DNA from: an uncultured Candidatus Saccharibacteria bacterium
Lineage (GTDB): Bacteria; Patescibacteriota; Minisyncoccia; Phycocordibacterales; UBA9973
Length of the DNA: 64,000 bases
Assembly: GCA_964423445.1 (NCBI GenBank)
Contig: CAYREQ010000004.1
Span: 2,700-66,699, forward strand
Reading direction: 5' to 3'
The notes beneath the pieces are model-generated. The model did no database searches, was not told the DNA's origin, and was given only the letters and a program-made list of their open reading frames with translations. Positions 27,963 through 36,843 of this stretch are shown here, piece after piece (positions within the stretch are counted from its first letter, which is position 1; each line of letters opens with the position of its first letter). The translations under genes were made by a program, and so were the position numbers.

Positions 27963-29042
27963 ATGTCTAAATATTCCCTTACTTACCCCTTATTAATCGG
28001 GGCAGTTTTTGTGTCTTTAGCGTCTCCAAGCAATGTTGAGGCTAGTTTTTTCTCTTCAATCTTAAACAACAACCAAGCCTTGGCAGACTCTGCTTTCCCT
28101 TCTAGTAATAATTCGCAGACCATGCCTCTCTTGCAAGCAAATGTATCTTCTTTCCAAGTTTTACAAAAAAAGGATGACAAGGTTCCACCAATAGACTCAA
28201 ATGCAAATATAAACATTGTTTCAAAAAATTCTTTAATGCCTACAGCTAGTCCTCAGAGTGCCCTAGGAGAAGGAGTGGGCGGTGTAGAATTTTCTGAAGA
28301 AAATGACATAGAAATCTATGTAGTAAAAGCTGGAGATACCCCGCAGATAGTGGCTGAGATGTTTGATATCTCTGTAGACACTATATATTCAGCTAATGAC
28401 ATGAAAAAAGGTGACAAATTAAGCGTAGGAGACGTACTCCTTATCTTACCTTTCTCTGGAGTTGAACACACAGTAGTCAAAGGAGACACTGTACAAAGCA
28501 TCGCAAATAAATACAAAGTGGATTTGAAAGATATCCTCAGTGCAAACGACTTAGATGCAGATTACAAGCTTTCAGTAGGAGAAAGATTGATGATTCCAGG
28601 AGCAGAACTATCAAGTGGCTCTACTACAACTACAAAACCAAAGACTACTACACCTACAAAAGGAGGAAAGACTATCAAACAATCTCTACCAAGTGTTTCA
28701 GGTTACTTCAAAAACCCAGTACCGGGAGCACGAAGAACAAGAGGCATAAAACCAGGACACAGAGGTGTAGACCTTGCAGCTCCAATTGGTACACCTATAT
28801 ATGCGGCGGCTGGTGGTAATGTCATAATCGCTAGAATGGGTTACAATGGTGGCTTTGGAAATTATGTAGTAATCCAACACGACAATGGTACAAAGACTCT
28901 ATATGCTCATCAATCTAGACTAGCTACAAAAGCTGGAGACAGAGTCTCTCAAGGTGAAGTCATAGGCTATGTAGGTTCTACTGGCCGTTCTACTGGACCT
29001 CACCTACACATAGAAGTTCTCGGAGGTAAAAATCCTTTCTAA
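27963..29042 (+). CDS. LysM x2 + M23 peptidase
   Basis: YVVKAGDT and HTVVKGDT LysM motifs; HRGVD, YAH, STGPHLH. Confidence 0.95.
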   Translation: MSKYSLTYPLLIGAVFVSLASPSNVEASFFSSILNNNQALADSAFPSSNNSQTMPLLQANVSSFQVLQKKDDKVPPIDSNANINIVSKNSLMPTASPQSALGEGVGGVEFSEENDIEIYVVKAGDTPQIVAEMFDISVDTIYSANDMKKGDKLSVGDVLLILPFSGVEHTVVKGDTVQSIANKYKVDLKDILSANDLDADYKLSVGERLMIPGAELSSGSTTTTKPKTTTPTKGGKTIKQSLPSVSGYFKNPVPGARRTRGIKPGHRGVDLAAPIGTPIYAAAGGNVIIARMGYNGGFGNYVVIQHDNGTKTLYAHQSRLATKAGDRVSQGEVIGYVGSTGRSTGPHLHIEVLGGKNPF

Positions 29043-29050
29043 AAATAAAC

Positions 29051-29083
29051 AAAAAAGCCCCGACACATGTCGGGGCTTTTTTT
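29051..29083. terminator. Bidirectional terminator
   Basis: AAAAAAGCCCCGACA-CA-TGTCGGGGCTTTTTT. Confidence 0.9.
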
Positions 29084-29093
29084 ATACAAAATT

Positions 29094-29843
29094 TTATTCT
29101 AAATAAGTGAGGGCCACCATAGCTAACACTCCTACTATCACTGCAATTATTTGCATAATAGAATGCTTTGTTTCTTTTGTTTTGTGAAGTTCAGGAATAA
29201 GATCTGCGACAGCTATATATATAAACCCTCCAGCAGCAATTGGTACAAACCAAAATTCAGTATACTCAGATATACCACCTATTATAAAGACTAAAGCTGT
29301 CCCGAGTAGAGCCGTAAGAGCTGAAAGAAAATTCAACCACAGAGCTCTTTTCTTTGTATATCCTGAGTGTAATAAAACTCCAAAGTCTCCTATCTCTTGA
29401 GGTATTTCATGTAAAATCACTGCAATAGTAGTAGCAATTCCGACAGGAATACTTACCAAAAAACTAGCTCCAATAATAATACCATCCATAAAATTATGTA
29501 CTCCGTCAGAGAAAAGTACCAGCTTCCCTACTGGATGTATATAATCATCATCCACGTCTTCTCCGTGATGATGCCAATGTAAGAACTTTTCTAATATGAA
29601 AAAGAAAAGTATCCCGGCTATGACGAGAACGCTGGTATTTGTAATATTAGGTGAATTTTCAAAAGCTTCTGGTATTAAGTGTATGAGTGCGTCACCGAGC
29701 AATGCTCCGACAGCGATACTAATAAATAAAAAGATATACTTACGAAGTAATTCTTCTTTGAGGGAAAGAGTCGCTACCCCGATAAACGATATCAGGCTCA
29801 CACCTATCACACTAGCAAATGCATAAAGATATATTGTTGTCAT
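29094..29843 (-). CDS. ZIP family metal transporter
   Basis: HLIPE, WHHH, DGVHNFMDG, HEIPQEIGDF; start trimmed to avoid the tRNA. Confidence 0.93.
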   Translation of the reverse strand: MTTIYLYAFASVIGVSLISFIGVATLSLKEELLRKYIFLFISIAVGALLGDALIHLIPEAFENSPNITNTSVLVIAGILFFFILEKFLHWHHHGEDVDDDYIHPVGKLVLFSDGVHNFMDGIIIGASFLVSIPVGIATTIAVILHEIPQEIGDFGVLLHSGYTKKRALWLNFLSALTALLGTALVFIIGGISEYTEFWFVPIAAGGFIYIAVADLIPELHKTKETKHSIMQIIAVIVGVLAMVALTYLE

Positions 29844-29879
29844 ATAATTAATTTTATTAAGAGAGTAATAATAAATTTG

Positions 29880-29950
29880 TGCGGGGTAAGGGAATCGAAC
29901 CCTTGACATCAGTTTGGAAAACTGAAGTTATACCATTTAACTAACCCCGC
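29880..29950 (-). tRNA. tRNA-Gly(TCC)
   Basis: GCGGGGT..., anticodon arm TCAGT-TTTCCAA-ACTGA, GGTTCGATTCC. Confidence 0.95.
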
Positions 29951-30004
29951 ATGGGGACATATTTGATATTAGCAGAAAATACAATTTTATTCAATATTTT
30001 TATT

Positions 30005-30847
30005 TTAAACTTTTGGTTTAATTAATTTTGAATATGTTTCATTTTCTAAAATCATATCCTCCAAGGCTTTAGCTATGCCCATTATTTTTGTCGGATAATT
30101 TACAGATTCTTTTACTTTACAGTTTTTTACATATTCATTTATGTCTCCATTATATTTAAAAAAGTCTCCATTTTTTCCGCTAGGTCTTTCGAGCACATAG
30201 CCTTCTCCCCTATTGTAAGCCAGAAAAGCCCAGAGCCATGCATCACTATCATTTACCGAAACTCCGATTTCATTTCCACATTTTTTAGCTAAATTTTTTA
30301 ATAATTTTAAATATTTACAAGCTGCTTCTGTGGTCTCTCTTATGTCTTTGGTATTTTTTATGCCAAATCTTTTTGCGGTGTCTGGTATAAACTGCCAAAT
30401 TCCAGCAGCGCTTGATCCATGATTAAGTGCATTTTTATTCCAATAAGATTCAGTCATAGCTAAAAATATCAGTTCATTTGGTACACCCTCTCTTTTAAAA
30501 ATATCAGATACTATCTCAAGATCACTTTGATTTTTTTTACTTGAATCTAGTAACCTAGTCCACCCATCTTTTAGAGATTGGTAATTGTCCCCTCCTTTTA
30601 TGTGCCTTTTATACCAGTAATCTACTTTTTCTAAAAATTCTTTTCCTTGGTTTGGAATTACTTCTTTTTTAGTCAGTAAATCATTTATGATTTTTTCTCT
30701 AATTATATTCCCTGTTTCATTTGTATCAGGTATTACTTTATTAGTCTCGGCCGCTAAAGCAGAACTAGCAATAGCAGTACCAGCTAGAGCTCCTCCTAGT
30801 TTTTTTAGAAATTCCCTTCTTCCCATGTTTGAAGGTCCATTTTCCAT
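30005..30847 (-). CDS. Lytic transglycosylase (SLT/MltD-like) with twin-arginine-like leader
   Basis: GRREFLKK plus hydrophobic stretch; AMTES, AAGIWQFIP, AYNRGEG, ES..Y. Confidence 0.88.
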   Translation of the reverse strand: MENGPSNMGRREFLKKLGGALAGTAIASSALAAETNKVIPDTNETGNIIREKIINDLLTKKEVIPNQGKEFLEKVDYWYKRHIKGGDNYQSLKDGWTRLLDSSKKNQSDLEIVSDIFKREGVPNELIFLAMTESYWNKNALNHGSSAAGIWQFIPDTAKRFGIKNTKDIRETTEAACKYLKLLKNLAKKCGNEIGVSVNDSDAWLWAFLAYNRGEGYVLERPSGKNGDFFKYNGDINEYVKNCKVKESVNYPTKIMGIAKALEDMILENETYSKLIKPKV

Positions 30848-30848
30848 G

Positions 30849-30919
30849 TCGGGCTGCTGGGAATCGAACCCAGTCTAAACGCTCCCAAAGCGCTTGTACT
30901 ACCGGTATACTACAGCCCG
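30849..30919 (-). tRNA. tRNA-Pro(TGG)
   Basis: CGGGCTG...AGCGC-TTTGGGA-GCGTT...GGTTCGATTCC...CAGCCCGA. Confidence 0.95.
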
Positions 30920-30962
30920 AATATTTAAAAACAATGTACTAAAGTTATATTATACTAGCGTT

Positions 30963-31015
30963 TAAACGCTCTCAAAATGAAGGCGCTTGTACTACCGGTA
31001 TACTACAGCCCGAAT
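30963..31015 (-). pseudogene. Duplicated 5' half of tRNA-Pro with disrupted anticodon loop
   Basis: 30983-31015 is identical to 30890-30922 (33 bp); TAAACGCTC also repeated; no T-arm. Confidence 0.8.
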
Positions 31016-31027
31016 TCCCCCACTATA

Positions 31028-31432
31028 TCACAAAATAATGTCATTTACTACTTTTACTCTAGCTTTTTTATTTTTTAAGTCTAAATACACTACAAATAGG
31101 TCCACTTGCCACTCTACTTCATCCCCTACTTTTTTATCTAAAAGATAAGTCTGTATTGTCCTTGATAATCTTTTCAATTTCCAAGGATGCATGTTGTCTT
31201 CTGGTTTATATCGGTCAATTGTCTCCTTTGAGGGTAAAAAGTCAGTAGACACACTTTTGACTTCTATAAAGAAGATTTTATTGCCCTTTTGGGCTACAAT
31301 ATCAATTTCACCCCATTTTTTAGTGTAATTCCTGTCTAAAACAGAGAAATCGTGTTTCACAAGAAACCTTTCAGCTACCTTCTCTCCAATTTCACCTGTT
31401 TTTTGTTGTTTTGAAGTAAATACCTTTGGCAT
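31028..31432 (-). CDS. yraN: YraN family (PD-(D/E)xK) protein
   Basis: GEIGE, RNY..KWGEIDIVA, FIEVK. Confidence 0.92.
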   Translation of the reverse strand: MPKVFTSKQQKTGEIGEKVAERFLVKHDFSVLDRNYTKKWGEIDIVAQKGNKIFFIEVKSVSTDFLPSKETIDRYKPEDNMHPWKLKRLSRTIQTYLLDKKVGDEVEWQVDLFVVYLDLKNKKARVKVVNDIIL

Positions 31433-31480
31433 ATGGCCTGTTTCATGTAAAACACCTATTTTTATGTTTCACGTGAAACG
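31353..31480. other. parS sites (x3)
   Basis: TGTTTCACAAGAAACC 31353, TGTTTCATGTAAAACA 31439, TGTTTCACGTGAAACG 31465 versus consensus TGTTTCACGTGAAACA. Confidence 0.85.
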
Positions 31481-31574
31481 TTTTTTACTATTTTATGTCT
31501 TTTACTAAAATAACCTTATTTGACAACGTATTTTGTTAAAAATTAACTTAAAAGACAGTTTTTTTACTTGTCCT

Positions 31575-31613
31575 TTATCAACATATTAACAGACTTATCC
31601 CCAATTATACACA
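31575..31613 (+). promoter_or_regulatory. Three tandem DnaA-box-like sites
   Basis: TTATCAACA 31575, TTATCCCCA 31595, TTATACACA 31605. Confidence 0.55.
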
Positions 31614-31679
31614 TAATCGTTATAATCAAAGCTTTTACAAAAGGACAGGTAATTTTTTAAATAACTTGTCTTTATTATG

Positions 31680-31751
31680 TGCACCCGGAGGGATTCGAAC
31701 CCCCAACGACGGTTCCGAAGACCGGCGTGATATCCATTTCACTACGGGTGC
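31680..31751 (-). tRNA. tRNA-Arg(TCG)
   Basis: GCACCCG...CGGT-CTTCGGA-ACCG...GGTTCGAATCC. Confidence 0.95.
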
Positions 31752-31954
31752 ATTTAAAATAATTATACATTACTTTTATTAAATAACATAATATTATTAT
31801 ATAGTAATACTAAAATAGAAATTGCAATATATTCAATATAGTATTATAATTATTAAGTTAAAAATTTATTTGGTAACACTATATAGTGTTGGTTTGATGG
31901 TTTATCGTGTCATAAAGGCATATTAGTAAGTTAAAATTTAATAAATAACATAAT

Positions 31955-32025
31955 GCGGTGTTGGTTTAGTGGTAGAACACGTCCTTGCCAAGGATGAGAC
32001 AGGAGTTCGATTCTCCTACGCCGCA
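31955..32025 (+). tRNA. tRNA-Gly(GCC)
   Basis: GCGGTGT...GTCC-TTGCCAA-GGAT...GAGTTCGATTCTC. Confidence 0.95.
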
Positions 32026-32036
32026 CAATTTCCAAA

Positions 32037-33596
32037 ATGGAAATAAATACTAAAAACTTAATAAAAAACATACCAGAGTATGTTTCATATGTAACACAAA
32101 CTCTTGAAAAGGGTGGTTTTGAGGCTCATCTAGTAGGTGGGTGTGTTCGTGACCTTTTAATGAATAGAACTCCAAAAGATTGGGATATTACCACAAATGC
32201 CACACCCGAAGAGATTATTGGGCTTTTTGAGAAAACTGTGTATGAAAACACTTTTGGTACAGTAGGGGTTTGTGTTCCATATGAAACACCAAATAGAGAT
32301 GTTATTCATGAAACATCCGAAGGTAATGTTGCACGTGAAACACCTGAATATCACATAATAGAGGTTACTCCTTTTAGATTAGAAGCTAAATATACGGATT
32401 TTAGACACCCAGATGAGATAAAATTTAGTAAAAATCTTGAAGATGACCTAAAAAGACGTGATTTTACTATAAATGCTATGTCTTATAGACTAAAAACCCC
32501 TGTCTCAGAAGAAAATAGTATAACGGACATATTTGGAGGAATAAAGGACATAGAGAATAAGCTCTTACGGACAGTGGGTGATGCTGATGCCAGGTTTGGC
32601 GAAGATGCACTTCGTATGCTCCGAGCTATACGTTTTGCTGTGGAACTTGATTTCACAATTTCACATGAAACGGGGGAGAGTATTTTAAAAAATTCAGATT
32701 TAATAAAAAATATTTCTGCTGAAAGAATTCATGATGAATTTGTAAAAATAATAAATTCAAAAAATGGAAGTGCAGGAATTGTAATGCTACAAAAATTTGG
32801 ATTACTAAAAAATATAATTCCTGAATTAGAAGAGGGTATTGGTTGCATGCAATCAGGGGAGCATGTGTATGACGTGTGGCAACACTTACTATATGCGATG
32901 CAACATGCGATAGACAAGGATTGGCCTATGCCTACGAGACTAGCTGCTTTGTTTCACGATATAGGTAAACCAAAGAGCAGGAGAGAAGAGAGCAGAATTG
33001 GTAAGAAAAAATATACCTTTTATGGCCATGAAGTGATCAGTGCCCGTATGGCAAAAAAGATAATGGAGAGGCTAAAATTCTCTAGAAAAGAGATTGATTT
33101 GGTATCCAAGCTTGTGCGTAATCATATGTTTTTTTCTGATACAGAGTTGATTACTTTGTCAGCTGTGCGCAGAATAATCACAAAAATAGGCAAAGAGCAT
33201 ATCTGGGATTTGATGAATTTGCGTGAATGCGACAGGGTAGGGACTAATAAAAAAGAGACTTCATATAGACTTCGCAAATACCATGCCATGATAGAAGAAG
33301 CACTGCGAGATCCGATATCTGTATCTCAGCTAAAAATAAACGGGGAGTACATGATGAATAATCTCGGAATAAAAGCTGGACCTAGGATGGGCTGGATATT
33401 AAATGCACTTTTAGAAGAAGTACTCGATGCTCCTGAAAAAAATTCTGTAGACCATTTATCTGATTTAGTGAAATCTCTAAACATGCTAGGAGATGGAGAG
33501 CTCAGGGCTCTCGGCGAAAGAGGTAAAGAAAAAAGGGAAGAAGTAGAAGAGCGTGAAGTAGCCAAGCTACACCAAAAACACGGTATTAAAAAATAA
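32037..33596 (+). CDS. cca: CCA-adding tRNA nucleotidyltransferase with HD domain
   Basis: VGGCVRD, KDWD, RRDFTINAM, EDALRMLRA, FHDIGK. Confidence 0.93.
   Translation: MEINTKNLIKNIPEYVSYVTQTLEKGGFEAHLVGGCVRDLLMNRTPKDWDITTNATPEEIIGLFEKTVYENTFGTVGVCVPYETPNRDVIHETSEGNVARETPEYHIIEVTPFRLEAKYTDFRHPDEIKFSKNLEDDLKRRDFTINAMSYRLKTPVSEENSITDIFGGIKDIENKLLRTVGDADARFGEDALRMLRAIRFAVELDFTISHETGESILKNSDLIKNISAERIHDEFVKIINSKNGSAGIVMLQKFGLLKNIIPELEEGIGCMQSGEHVYDVWQHLLYAMQHAIDKDWPMPTRLAALFHDIGKPKSRREESRIGKKKYTFYGHEVISARMAKKIMERLKFSRKEIDLVSKLVRNHMFFSDTELITLSAVRRIITKIGKEHIWDLMNLRECDRVGTNKKETSYRLRKYHAMIEEALRDPISVSQLKINGEYMMNNLGIKAGPRMGWILNALLEEVLDAPEKNSVDHLSDLVKSLNMLGDGELRALGERGKEKREEVEEREVAKLHQKHGIKK
32081..32672. 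other. parS-like sites embedded in the cca coding sequence (x5)
   Basis: 32081 TGTTTCATATGTAACA, 32273 TGTTCCATATGAAACA, 32300 TGTTATTCATGAAACA, 32327 TGTTGCACGTGAAACA, 32657 AATTTCACATGAAACG. Confidence 0.75.
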
Positions 33597-33635
33597 TATT
33601 TGTGTACTTGGTGAATTAAAACTATAATAAAATAT

Positions 33636-35060
33636 ATGGCAATGAATTTTGAAAAACTACCTACACAGTCTAATGAAAAACTCATCCCTCCAGGCGAAAA
33701 AGCAGAAGTCTCAAAAAGAAAGTTTGGAATGATGGAAGACTTGAAAGAGGGGAAACTAGATAATATAAGTACAAAAGAGAGGCCAACGGTGATAGATTTT
33801 CAAGGTTTACCTGAAGGTTCTACTGAGCAAGATTTTTTGAAATGGATAGAGCGTGAGATTCAAATCAGCCCTGATATAATTTTAGGAAAAAACAAAGAAG
33901 AATCTGGCCCTACATATAGACTGCTCAACCATGCTTTTAAAGAAGCAAAAGTTTTTTTGAAAGATACTCTAAAATACTCTGATAGAGATCTATCCATAGG
34001 ACCAAAGTCTATTTCCTCCGAAAAAGATATTTTTGATCTTTTGAGAAATACGACTCTGGTAAAAGAAAATAGAAGAGGGCTCTCTAGAGCTCCACAATAC
34101 TGCCGATTGGTAAAAGCTACTATCGTGGCCTATGAAACTCTAAAACATGAAGCCGAGCTATTAAAGGAAACTACAGAAAACTTTGAAAACTCTCTAATCT
34201 CATCTGTTTCAAAAAATAAAACTGAACTTTCACCCCTTGTATTTTTAAGTGAAGACAATAAGAAAAAGAAAAAATTCTATGCGAGTGGAGATGGTACTAT
34301 AAATGGTGAAATAACTTTTCGTGGAAAAGACATAAATAAAGCAATGCTACGCTTTGTGACTAGGGCAGACTCTAGCGCTAAAGAAGCATTGAAAGATGGT
34401 ATCGCTTGTAGAATAACTATCGAAAAAGAAGATGCGAGAAAACTAATACCTATTTTATGTGAGTGGTTGAATAAAAAAATGAGTGTAGATTTTGTAAGAA
34501 TTTCAAACCAATCTTTTTTTACAAAAGAAGATATGGAGCAATTGGAAAAATCATTAAGAAAAGACCCCGAAAATAAAATGGATTTTAGATTAAAAGATTC
34601 TAGTTTGGATTCTACTTCCATGGGAGATTTTAAATCTGTAAAAATTCTAGGTATCTTGCAATCTTCTGAATCACAATCAAAGAAAAATTATTCTAAACAA
34701 TTTGAAATTCAATTTGTAACCCCAGGAAATAAAAACGAAAAAGGAAAAATGCATCACAGCGTGTATGATGTAGTGAAATTGGTAAATGCTCGCACTAGAC
34801 TAGATGGAGGTTGCCCTGAGCATGTATTTGAAGAGTTTGTAAAAGAAGCTAGTATCGAATCTGGAATAAGCGTAGCTACAATAATGAAATACTTATTGGA
34901 AGCAAAGAATGCTCCGATTGTAAAAATCTACAAAAAAAATAAGGCAGGGATCAAAAGTGGCAACCCTTCTTATGTGGCACATTCTGTATATACCCGCTGG
35001 GATGAATTTGGTTGGGTAGACGATTCTCTAATAAAAGACGTAGAGAACGCAAAGAAATAA
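33636..35060 (+). CDS. Hypothetical protein with RelA/SpoT-like synthetase motifs
   Basis: RGK..., DGIACRITI, FEIQFVT, HHSVY in RSH synthetase order. Confidence 0.6.
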   Translation: MAMNFEKLPTQSNEKLIPPGEKAEVSKRKFGMMEDLKEGKLDNISTKERPTVIDFQGLPEGSTEQDFLKWIEREIQISPDIILGKNKEESGPTYRLLNHAFKEAKVFLKDTLKYSDRDLSIGPKSISSEKDIFDLLRNTTLVKENRRGLSRAPQYCRLVKATIVAYETLKHEAELLKETTENFENSLISSVSKNKTELSPLVFLSEDNKKKKKFYASGDGTINGEITFRGKDINKAMLRFVTRADSSAKEALKDGIACRITIEKEDARKLIPILCEWLNKKMSVDFVRISNQSFFTKEDMEQLEKSLRKDPENKMDFRLKDSSLDSTSMGDFKSVKILGILQSSESQSKKNYSKQFEIQFVTPGNKNEKGKMHHSVYDVVKLVNARTRLDGGCPEHVFEEFVKEASIESGISVATIMKYLLEAKNAPIVKIYKKNKAGIKSGNPSYVAHSVYTRWDEFGWVDDSLIKDVENAKK

Positions 35061-35069
35061 TATAAATTT

Positions 35070-36836
35070 TTAAAACACTTCTTTTTGATAACAACTCTCG
35101 CAATAAACTATTTCTTTTCTATCAGGAGAATATGAAGTCTTAAATTCTTTTTCACACACAGAATCACCATGCTCGTGTTTGCTCGTATTTTTATAAACAC
35201 CATTGGAAGAAATTTGTCCCATGCACTGACATTTTCTATCACATAATTTTGCTGGATTTCTTTTTATAATCCTTTCACAATATCGGCAATTGTAGCAAAG
35301 TCTCGGAATAGCAATATTCATTTTTTTATAAAAATCAAATTCATTTTTTGTTATCTTAAATGCTTTGGTGCACTGGTGAATACAATTTCCTTCATGAGCA
35401 CAGCCAATTACTTTTTGAGTAATACTCTCATCATAAGTTACGTCCGGTAATTCATTTGTTTTTATATCAATTGTGTAATCTTTTGATATTTTTTCTCTCC
35501 ATAGATAACCTTTTTTCTCTGCTTCTTCTTTAGTGATAGGGAAAAGCTCTTGAGCTACTGTCTCATTGTAACCAAAAGGGGATAGATCGCTTGGGAAAAA
35601 ATCTCCATACTCATAAACAATGCCAACACTATTTTTATATGGCATGTCATTCATGTGTTTTATTAATTTTGGTATAAGGTTCATATATTCTTCTTTTGAA
35701 TATTGTTTATTGAATATACAATAATTTTTATTCCGAAGACCTATACAGCCAAAAAGGTTTGAGCTATTGTGACAATTATAAGAATAGAGAACATCGTGTG
35801 ATTCAAAAATAAATCTAGAGAAAAAAACTTTATTCCCTGGGTAAATAGTAGATGAGTGATAAGAATCTTGTGAATTCTTTCCAAAGTGATCACAATCATA
35901 ACAATCGCTGACTTCTGAGTATGCGAGCCATATATTTCCACAATCTTTTGCTCCACCAAAAACTTCAAAACAGTTTTGGCAATTCTTTGTCCCTTCCAAA
36001 TTATCTCCAGTGGAATTTATTGAGCGCAAAATTCTAGCATATTTATGTGGGTATTTTAATATTAATTCTTCAAATCTTTTTTTATACTCTTCAACCTGAG
36101 AAAAAGAAGTCATATCAATATTCTTCATTTTCTCTTCATAAGATTCTTTGTCTAATTGCTCATTAAAAAATACATAAGATGCATTTCTCAAATTAACTCC
36201 ACCAAAACAATTGGTACAATTTTTACAATTAAAAAGAAAAGCTGAGTCCAAACATGCTTCGGATTGCCTGCTATATAAAACCCTAGAGCAAGAAATACAG
36301 TCTACGCTCTCATAACTAAGCTCGCTCTTTGAAACCCAGTGGAGGTCTAAGCTGTCTTTTGTATTAAAAGTAAAGCTAGAATACATTACATTTTCATTAA
36401 AATCTCCACCGACGACAAGATAACAATTTTTATTTCCTTCTGTGATACTGCAATAATCACTATTTACCGGATTGATATTGAGTAAAGCTACGTCTGGCAC
36501 AGACCACCATAGATTTTTTAGTTGTTCAAAGAATGGTTTACCAAAATCTATATCTTCTCCATAAGACATTGCATCCCAAGAATCTCCCCACCAAGCCTTG
36601 TGGTCATAGACTTTCTGTTTTGAATCTGGAGAAAATATTGAAAAAATTTCTCCTTCAGCATTTGGAGCATCAGATTTTCTCTTATAAAGAGTTCTCTCAT
36701 TTCTAAAAACCATCCTGTGTTCTAATCTGCAACTAGGACATGACATAGGATAGGGGACTTTTATTTTTTCGTAAAAATTTATCTCTTGTGAACTTATTTC
36801 AAAATCTTTTTTACAACTTTTACAATTTTTCTTCAT
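35070..36836 (-). CDS. Cys-rich repeat/zinc-ribbon protein typical of CPR
   Basis: Terminal CxxC pairs, repeated NCxNCFGxxxLRN..Y. Confidence 0.85.
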   Translation of the reverse strand: MKKNCKSCKKDFEISSQEINFYEKIKVPYPMSCPSCRLEHRMVFRNERTLYKRKSDAPNAEGEIFSIFSPDSKQKVYDHKAWWGDSWDAMSYGEDIDFGKPFFEQLKNLWWSVPDVALLNINPVNSDYCSITEGNKNCYLVVGGDFNENVMYSSFTFNTKDSLDLHWVSKSELSYESVDCISCSRVLYSRQSEACLDSAFLFNCKNCTNCFGGVNLRNASYVFFNEQLDKESYEEKMKNIDMTSFSQVEEYKKRFEELILKYPHKYARILRSINSTGDNLEGTKNCQNCFEVFGGAKDCGNIWLAYSEVSDCYDCDHFGKNSQDSYHSSTIYPGNKVFFSRFIFESHDVLYSYNCHNSSNLFGCIGLRNKNYCIFNKQYSKEEYMNLIPKLIKHMNDMPYKNSVGIVYEYGDFFPSDLSPFGYNETVAQELFPITKEEAEKKGYLWREKISKDYTIDIKTNELPDVTYDESITQKVIGCAHEGNCIHQCTKAFKITKNEFDFYKKMNIAIPRLCYNCRYCERIIKRNPAKLCDRKCQCMGQISSNGVYKNTSKHEHGDSVCEKEFKTSYSPDRKEIVYCESCYQKEVF

Positions 36837-36843
36837 AAAAACA

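Noticed and set aside
29844-29909. N-terminal extension of the ZIP transporter
   Set aside because: Overlaps tRNA-Gly(TCC); the downstream ATG gives a normal N-terminus
30713-30728. Additional parS site TGTTTCATTTGTATCA
   Set aside because: Four mismatches with a broken right half-site; could arise by chance
31028-31030. Alternative genetic code (UGA=Gly as in Gracilibacteria/SR1)
   Set aside because: Conserved genes are full length under code 11, and yraN ends at TGA at its expected C-terminus
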